Shown here: positions 58,004-64,000 of the stretch, one piece after another
Layout: the number at the start of each line of letters is the position of its first letter
How positions within the stretch are numbered: position 1 is the stretch's first letter
Assembly (NCBI GenBank): GCA_963702475.1
Contig: CAVPCT010000003.1
Location: forward strand, 32,001 to 96,000
DNA length: 64,000 bases
Reading direction: 5' to 3'
Origin: an uncultured Thermoleophilia bacterium
GTDB taxonomy: Bacteria > Actinomycetota > Thermoleophilia > UBA2241
Made by a program: the position numbers and the translations under genes
The notes under the pieces: model-generated
Databases searched by the model: none
Told to the model about the DNA's origin: nothing
What the model saw: the letters and a program-made list of their open reading frames with translations, nothing else

Positions 58004-60784
58004 ATGTTCGGGTCGTTCACCATCGAGAGTCTGGACAGGACCGAGGAGTTCCCGCTGGCACAGGCACGGGTCGAGATCGGACGCGGTCCGGACAACGATC
58101 TCACGCTCCCGTTCCCCACGGTCTCCACCCGCCACGCGCGGGTACTCTGCGACTCGTCGGCGTGCCGCATCCTCGATCTGGGGAGCGCCAACGGGACCGC
58201 TGTCAACGGCGAGGAGCTGCCGGTCAGGGAGGAACGCCGTCTGCGGGACGGCGACGACGTGCGTATCGGCCCGTTCACGCTCGTGTTCCACACCGCTCCG
58301 GCGGAGGGCCGCGCCGCGCCGGCCGCGCGGCCGGGCCACACCGTGGTGCTCCCACCCACGCGGCCGCCGCGGCTCAGGGTGACCACTCCCGAGGGCTCGC
58401 AGGAGCTCCCGCTCCCGGCCGGCACGCTGACCCTCGGCCGGGACCCCGCTTGCGACATCGTGGCGTCCGCCGAGGCCGTGTCGCGGCGCCACGCCTCCCT
58501 GGAGCGCCGCGGCGACAAGTTGCTGGTGAGGGACCTGGGCAGCACCAACGGCATCAGCGTCGACGGCGTGCTGGTGCCCGAGAAGCTCCTCGGCGACGGT
58601 GGGCAGGTCGCCATCGGCAAGAGCGTCACGCTCACCTTCCTCGCGGCTGAGGACGTCGCGGCCGAGGCGCCGGGCTATGCGGGCTGGGCGGCCGGCGCCG
58701 AGCCTCAGGCGCAGGTCTACGACATCGGGGAAGGCCAATCGCTGCAGCTCGGCCGCGGCGCCGAGACCGTCGTGCACCTCGCCCACCCGCAGGTCTCCCA
58801 GCTGCACGCGGAGGTGAGCCGGCAGCAGGGACAGGTCGTCATCCGCGACAAGGGGAGCAGCGCCGGTACGTTCGTCAACGGGCAGCAGGTCGTCGAGCGG
58901 GTGCTGCACGAGGGTGACGTGGTGCGCATCGGTCCAAACCAGCTCGTCATCCGCGACGGTCGCCTGCAGCTGATGAGCGAGGAGGGCCGGCTCCGCCTGG
59001 ACGCCTTCCACCTCGGCAAGACCGTCGGTAAGGAGAAGAAGAAGATCCTCCGCGACATCTCGCTGTCCATCAGGCCTCAGGAGTTCGTCGCCGTGGTGGG
59101 GGGCAGCGGCGCCGGCAAGTCCACCCTGGTCACGGCGCTCTGCGGTTTCAAGCCCGCCACGGAGGGCGCCGTGCTGCTCAACGGCGCCGACCTGTACCGC
59201 AACTTCGACGCGTACCGCAACGAGATGGGCTACGTGCCGCAGGACGACATCATCCATCTCGACCTCTCGGTCCGCAAAGCGCTCGACTACGCCGCCCGCC
59301 TGCGCCTGCCGGCCGACACCACCGAGGCCGAACGGCGGCAGCGCGTGGCCGACGTGATCGACGAGCTCGACCTCAAGAGCGCCGCCGACACCACCATCCG
59401 CTCACTCAGCGGGGGGCAGCGCAAGCGCGCCTCCATCGGCGTTGAGCTGCTCACGCGGCCGAGCCTCTTCTTTCTGGACGAGGCCACGTCGGGTCTGGAC
59501 CCGGCCACCGAGAGCCAGATGATGAAGCTCCTGCGCAAGCTGGCCGACCAGGGGCGCACCATCATCCTCATCACGCACGCCACCAAGAACGTGATGGTGT
59601 GCGACAAGGTCTGCTTCCTGGCGCGCGGCGGCTACCTGGCCTTCTTCGGCCCGCCGGAGGATGCGCTCGCCTACTTCGGCGTCAAGGACTTCGACGAGAT
59701 CTACGAGCGCATCGAGGCGGGCGCCACGCCCGAGGAGTGGGCGGCGCGGTACCTGCGCTCCCGGGAGTGCCAGGACAACGTCGTCACGCCGCTCACCGAG
59801 GTGGCCAAGGCGTGGACGCAGCCCGGCGGCGCGACCGGCGGCGGGGACGGGCGCGGGACCGCCGCGCCACTCGCCGCCGCCCCCGGCGCCAAGGTGCGCG
59901 CGACCTCCGGCTGGGACCAGTTCCTCATCCTCTCCAGCCGGTACCTGCGCATCGTCATGAGCGACAAGAAGACGCTGATCCTCCTGCTCGCGATCTCGCC
60001 GGTGCTCTGCATGATCGACTTCATCACGTGGAAGAACGACCTCTTCGACCCGGTCACGGGCAGCGCGAGCAAGGCCGTCACGATGCTGTTCATGGCGTGC
60101 ATCATCGGCGTGCTCGTAGGGACGATCACGTCGGTGCGGGAGATCGTCAAGGAGGACGCGATCTACAGGCGCGAGCGCATGGTGTGCGTCAAGGTGTTCC
60201 CCTACGTCATGTCCAAGATCGCCGTGGGCTCCATCTTCGCCCTCTACAGCGCTGTGGTCCTGTGGGGGTTCAAGATGCTCGCCGTCGACTTCAGTCATCT
60301 GAGCCTGACCGGGTATCTCAGCCTGCTGTTCACCTTCGTGCTGGTGACGTTCGCGGGTCTCATGTGGGGCCTGCTCGTCTCCGCCGTGGCTCCGACCGAA
60401 GACAGAGCCATGCTGCTCGTCATCCTCGTCCTGGTCCCGCAGTTCATGTTCGCCGGGGGCATGCTCCCGATGGCCGACCTCGGTTTCTTCGGCAAGGCCA
60501 TGGGCGCGGTCACGTCCACGCGCTGGGGGCTCGGCGCACTGGCCACGATCGCCGAGGTCAAGACCGGAGCCGGCGAGGCGGCGGACATGTCCGACGTGTC
60601 GATGCCCGGACTCCAGGGCCTGGGCTCTGTGGGTGAGAAGGTGGCGCTGGTCAGAAGCCTGGACACGCAGTACGGCGCCATCTTCAACGTCAACGTCGGC
60701 TTCTACTGGCTGATGTCGCTGGTCCTGATCCTGGGCCTGGTCGGCATCATCTTCGTGCTCCAGAAACGAAAAGACACGCTGTGA
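58004..60784 (+). CDS. Triple-FHA + ABC ATPase + ABC-2 permease fusion (Rv1747-like exporter)
   Basis: Three GR...S..H...(N/A)G FHA domains; GGSGAGKST, LSGGQRKR, LDEATSGLD, ITH; six-TM C-terminus with REIVKE...RER. Confidence 0.92.
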   Translation: MFGSFTIESLDRTEEFPLAQARVEIGRGPDNDLTLPFPTVSTRHARVLCDSSACRILDLGSANGTAVNGEELPVREERRLRDGDDVRIGPFTLVFHTAPAEGRAAPAARPGHTVVLPPTRPPRLRVTTPEGSQELPLPAGTLTLGRDPACDIVASAEAVSRRHASLERRGDKLLVRDLGSTNGISVDGVLVPEKLLGDGGQVAIGKSVTLTFLAAEDVAAEAPGYAGWAAGAEPQAQVYDIGEGQSLQLGRGAETVVHLAHPQVSQLHAEVSRQQGQVVIRDKGSSAGTFVNGQQVVERVLHEGDVVRIGPNQLVIRDGRLQLMSEEGRLRLDAFHLGKTVGKEKKKILRDISLSIRPQEFVAVVGGSGAGKSTLVTALCGFKPATEGAVLLNGADLYRNFDAYRNEMGYVPQDDIIHLDLSVRKALDYAARLRLPADTTEAERRQRVADVIDELDLKSAADTTIRSLSGGQRKRASIGVELLTRPSLFFLDEATSGLDPATESQMMKLLRKLADQGRTIILITHATKNVMVCDKVCFLARGGYLAFFGPPEDALAYFGVKDFDEIYERIEAGATPEEWAARYLRSRECQDNVVTPLTEVAKAWTQPGGATGGGDGRGTAAPLAAAPGAKVRATSGWDQFLILSSRYLRIVMSDKKTLILLLAISPVLCMIDFITWKNDLFDPVTGSASKAVTMLFMACIIGVLVGTITSVREIVKEDAIYRRERMVCVKVFPYVMSKIAVGSIFALYSAVVLWGFKMLAVDFSHLSLTGYLSLLFTFVLVTFAGLMWGLLVSAVAPTEDRAMLLVILVLVPQFMFAGGMLPMADLGFFGKAMGAVTSTRWGLGALATIAEVKTGAGEAADMSDVSMPGLQGLGSVGEKVALVRSLDTQYGAIFNVNVGFYWLMSLVLILGLVGIIFVLQKRKDTL

Positions 60785-60920
60785 CAGAAGACGTGTGAGA
60801 GGCGGCGCGGCGGTGACGGCGGGGCGCCGCGCCTTGCCATTCACCGCCGCTGCGAGACAATGGGCCGGCCGTTGAAGGGTCGCGTCGTCCGCGGCGGGAG
60901 CGACCCGGGAGGGACGTGGG

Positions 60921-63335
60921 GTGGAACGAGCCGAAGAGCTTGTCGGGCGGTCGCTGGGGCGCTACAGGATCACGGCCCTCGTGGGCAAGGGCGGCATGGC
61001 GACGGTGTACAAGGCCACGCACCCGGGTCTCGGCCAGACCGTGGCCATCAAAGTGCTGCATCCGCACATGGCCACCGATCCGGACATGCTGGGCCGCTTC
61101 CACAACGAGGCACAGGCGGTGGCCAACCTCCGCCATCCCAACATCGTGCGCGTTCTCGACTTCGACGTACAGGGCGACCAGTACTTCATGGTCATGGAGT
61201 TCGTCGACGGGCCGACCCTCGCGACGCAGCTCAGCGGGTTCGCCTCGCAGGGGCGGAACATGCCGGCCGGCGAGGTCGCGCGCATCCTCGAGCCGCTGTG
61301 CTCCGCCGTGGACTACGCCCACGGGCAAGGCATGATCCACCGTGACATCAAGCCGTCGAACGTGCTCCTCACCCCGCAGGGGGAGCCCGTGCTCACCGAC
61401 TACGGTATCGCCAAGATGGTGGGCGTCACGCAGCACACGGCCACCGGCACGGTGATGGGCTCCGCCTACTACATGTCGCCGGAGCAGGCGCAGGGGAGCG
61501 GCATCGACGGCCGCACCGATATCTACTCGCTCGGTGTGATGCTCTTCGAGATGCTCGCCGGGCGCGTTCCGTACGAAGGCGACACGCTGGCGACAGTGCT
61601 GGTCAAGCACATCACCGCGCCGGTGCCCCCGGTGTGCACCTACAACAGCCAGCTCCCGCCGCTGCTGGACAACGTGATGGACGTCGCGCTGGCCAAGGAT
61701 CCCGCCCAGCGCTTCCAGACCGGGGCGGCTCTGGCGGTCGCGTTGCGGCAGGGGCTCGCGGCGCCGGCGGCAGCGGCCGGTACGACGACCTTTGAGCGGG
61801 GCGCGGCGGCGGGCGGCGCCACCACCGTGGAGCCCGCCCGGGGCGCCGCCGGCCAGACCGCCGCGGAGGCGCTGGCGGCGCGCACAGCGACGCGCGACGT
61901 GTACATCAGCTACGCGCCGCAAGACAAGGCCGCCGCCGAGGCGGTCTGTGCCCGGCTCGAGGCCGAAGAAGTCACGTGCTGGATCGCGCCGCGCGACGTG
62001 CTGCCGGGCCGCACCTTCGCGCAGTCGCTGAGCAGCGCCATCCACGCGGCACGCGTGTTCGTGCTCGTGTTCTCGGCGGCCACCAACGAGTCGCAGCAGG
62101 TCGAACGGGAGCTTCACATGGCCGACGTGTCGCGGCTGCCGGTGGTGCCCCTGCGGGTGCAGGACGTGCAGCCGCACGAGTCGATCGAGTACTACCTGGC
62201 CGGGCGGGCCTGGGTCGAGGCGTCCGGCCCGCCGCTCGACGCCCACCTGGGCCGGCTCGTGGAGAACGTGTCGCTTCTGCTGCTCCAGGCGCCGCCCCGG
62301 CAGCCAGGCTCTGCCGCCGTCGTGACCACGTTCGAGCCGGCCCCGAGCGCCCGCGCCGTGACCGGCGCGGAGCCTCCGCCGGCCGCCGAAGAGCCGGCGC
62401 TGCCTCCGGCGCAGTCCGCGGCTGCGCCTGCTCCGGCGGCGACCGTCGCTCAGCCGGCGCCGCCGGCCGTCGCCCCCGCGGTGCCCGTGACAGTCTCCTC
62501 GGCTGCTGCCGTCGAGCCCACGCCGCCGGCCGCGGAATCCGCGCCGGCCGCTGAACCGGAGCTGTCGCCCGCGGCCGAGACGACCGGTGAGCCTGCGGCG
62601 GTCGAACCCGCACCGCCCGCGGTCGAACCCGCACCGCCCCTCATCGTGCCGCCGGCCGCTGAGGCCGCCGTGTACGCCGAGACCACCGTCGAGCCAGGCC
62701 CCGCGTCGGCCGCGCCCGCGGGCGCCGCAGTCGGCGCCGCCGTCGGTGTGGCGGCCGCGGCAGGCGCCGTCACCGAGGAGGCAGGAGCTCCGGCTGTTGA
62801 AGTGGCTGTGACCGTCGCCGCCGTAAAGCCTGCACCGCCCGCCGCCGAGGATCTTGCCGGACCGGCCGCAGAAGCAGCTGCTTCTGCTGTCACGGAGCCG
62901 GCGGCGAAAGCGCACGAGCAAGAGCTCGCGCCTGCCAGCCCGGCCCCCACCACCGTCGAGCCGCCATCAACGGGCGCCGCTGCGACCACCGTCGAGCCGC
63001 GTCCTCCGGCCGGCGCCGCTGCGACCACCGTCGAGCCGCCATCAACGGGCGCCGCTGCGACCACCGTCGAGCCGCGTCCTCCGGCCGGCGCCGCTGCGAC
63101 CACTCTCGAGCCGCCGCCCGGCGCCGCGGCTGCGACCGCCTACGAGGCGCCGGCCGCGGCCGGCGCGCCGGCGGCGGTCGTGCAACCTGCTCCGGGTGTG
63201 CCCTCGCAGCCGGGGGCCGGTCCCGAGGCGCCCGGCCTGCCGACCAGGTTCCAGACGCGTGCCGTTGCAGCAGCAGCCGCCGTGGGCGTGGCCTGGGTGG
63301 TCATCCTGTTCGTGCTCGAGAAGTACGTGCTGTAG
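60921..63335 (+). CDS. Hanks-type Ser/Thr kinase + TIR domain + Pro/Ala/Thr repeats + C-terminal TM
   Basis: GKGGMATVY, VAIK, HRDIKPSN, DYG, YMSPEQ; TIR DVYISY...CWIAPRDV...FVLVFS...VERELHMA (about 61896-62285); terminal VGVAWVVILFVL. Confidence 0.9.
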   Translation: MERAEELVGRSLGRYRITALVGKGGMATVYKATHPGLGQTVAIKVLHPHMATDPDMLGRFHNEAQAVANLRHPNIVRVLDFDVQGDQYFMVMEFVDGPTLATQLSGFASQGRNMPAGEVARILEPLCSAVDYAHGQGMIHRDIKPSNVLLTPQGEPVLTDYGIAKMVGVTQHTATGTVMGSAYYMSPEQAQGSGIDGRTDIYSLGVMLFEMLAGRVPYEGDTLATVLVKHITAPVPPVCTYNSQLPPLLDNVMDVALAKDPAQRFQTGAALAVALRQGLAAPAAAAGTTTFERGAAAGGATTVEPARGAAGQTAAEALAARTATRDVYISYAPQDKAAAEAVCARLEAEEVTCWIAPRDVLPGRTFAQSLSSAIHAARVFVLVFSAATNESQQVERELHMADVSRLPVVPLRVQDVQPHESIEYYLAGRAWVEASGPPLDAHLGRLVENVSLLLLQAPPRQPGSAAVVTTFEPAPSARAVTGAEPPPAAEEPALPPAQSAAAPAPAATVAQPAPPAVAPAVPVTVSSAAAVEPTPPAAESAPAAEPELSPAAETTGEPAAVEPAPPAVEPAPPLIVPPAAEAAVYAETTVEPGPASAAPAGAAVGAAVGVAAAAGAVTEEAGAPAVEVAVTVAAVKPAPPAAEDLAGPAAEAAASAVTEPAAKAHEQELAPASPAPTTVEPPSTGAAATTVEPRPPAGAAATTVEPPSTGAAATTVEPRPPAGAAATTLEPPPGAAAATAYEAPAAAGAPAAVVQPAPGVPSQPGAGPEAPGLPTRFQTRAVAAAAAVGVAWVVILFVLEKYVL
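62598..62639 (+). repeat. 21-bp tandem duplication (AVEPAPP x2)
   Basis: GCGGTCGAACCCGCACCGCCC repeated twice. Confidence 0.85.
62949..63115 (+). repeat. 75-bp (36+39) perfect tandem repeat x2 plus a partial copy, inside the kinase gene
   Basis: Units 62949-63023 and 63024-63098 are identical, each encoding TTVEPPSTGAAATTVEPRPPAGAAA. Confidence 0.9.
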
Positions 63336-63413
63336 GCGGCAGCACCCGGGCGTTCGGGGGCGGTCCGACCGGCCCTTCGGCCGTTCTACTTCGGCCGTCG
63401 ACAGGTTCGCGCG

Positions 63414-64000
63414 TCAGGCCGTCCGCGCCCCGCCGCGTCCCAGCGACGGCGCCGCCAGCGTGAGCGCCACGATCACCACGTCGACCGCGAGCGCAGCGAG
63501 CACGTACGTTGAGCCGTCGAGCGTGCCGAAGTACGAGAGTGCGAACACGGCCGCGGTGGCCACGCCGACCACCGCGCCGACACCGGCGAGAGGCACGGCG
63601 AGCGGGCCGCGCGGACGTGTGGCCGCGGCCCGCAGCACGGCGAACGTCTGTACGGCGAACAACACGCCGCCACCGATGAGCACGAGCCAGGAGAGCCAGT
63701 CGTCGCTCGCGCCGCCGTCGATCCCGCCGCCTCCGCCGTCCGCCATGTCGCGGACGGTGTCCAGGTTGGCCGCCGCCGCCGCGGCCACACCCGGCGCTTC
63801 AGAGGTCTTGAGGCCGGCAAGCTTGTCTTCGGCCGCGGCAGTGTCGCCCTCTTCGGCCGCGACCAGCGCCAGGCCCATCTCCGCGTAGTCGTTCTGCTGC
63901 ACGTCTCTGGATCTCGTGAAGTCGGCCTTGGCCGCCGCCGCGTCGCCCCGCTCCAGTTCGTTCATCCCGCGCTGGTAGTGGGCCGCCGCGAGGTTCGCCG
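63414..64000 (-). CDS. TPR-containing membrane protein, 5' end outside the window
   Basis: YQRGMNELERGDAAAAKADF...YAEMGLALVAAEEGD TPR-like helices, then three TM segments. Confidence 0.6.
   Translation of the reverse strand, partial: ANLAAAHYQRGMNELERGDAAAAKADFTRSRDVQQNDYAEMGLALVAAEEGDTAAAEDKLAGLKTSEAPGVAAAAAANLDTVRDMADGGGGGIDGGASDDWLSWLVLIGGGVLFAVQTFAVLRAAATRPRGPLAVPLAGVGAVVGVATAAVFALSYFGTLDGSTYVLAALAVDVVIVALTLAAPSLGRGGARTA

Noticed and set aside
62949-63115. Possible CRISPR-like repeat
   Set aside because: In-frame coding tandem repeat without unique spacers, and no cas genes.
1-64000. Mobile elements, prophage, tRNA or rRNA genes
   Set aside because: No transposase, integrase or phage genes, no cloverleaf or rRNA-like segments, and no obvious compositional break seen by eye.

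Overview
Very GC-rich (about 70% or more by eye) bacterial DNA, probably Actinomycetota (Thermoleophilia-like; inferred from gene content and codon style, not tested). It is gene-dense, with no rRNA, tRNA, CRISPR array or mobile element visible. Main blocks: (1) the end of porB and a PAS histidine kinase. (2) A 13-kb potassium locus (4.1-17.0 kb): split KdpD, KdpE, three micro-ORFs including kdpF, kdpABC, then a Na+/K+-ATPase-like (P2C-type) P-type ATPase translationally coupled to two TrkA/RCK genes with no TrkH/KtrB channel. The same direct-repeat/-10 promoter layout precedes both kdpF and this ATPase. (3) Mixed accessory genes: patatin, AEC transporter, cupredoxin, ECF sigma/anti-sigma, amidase, PocR-HATPase, MoxR triad, DUF2252, peptide SBP and a fragmented DUF2207 gene. 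(4) The best novel-system candidate (42.1-54.4 kb): a divergent lipid-chemistry cluster. LuxE-like and LuxC-like fatty-acid reductase genes face a four-domain FGGY kinase / 2-hydroxyacid dehydrogenase / SCP2 lipid-binding / class II aldolase fusion, followed by an HpnO-like aminotransferase, a membrane M28 hydrolase, an HpnA-like SDR and a Zn-dehydrogenase. This enzyme set could join or split a fatty aldehyde and DHAP to make or degrade an amino-polyol (phytosphingosine-like) lipid without serine palmitoyltransferase (hypothesis). (5) A triple-FHA ABC exporter beside a Ser/Thr kinase-TIR fusion with a TTxEP repeat array. Several isolated small frameshifts suggest consensus errors. All product calls rest on motif recognition by eye; no searches were run.
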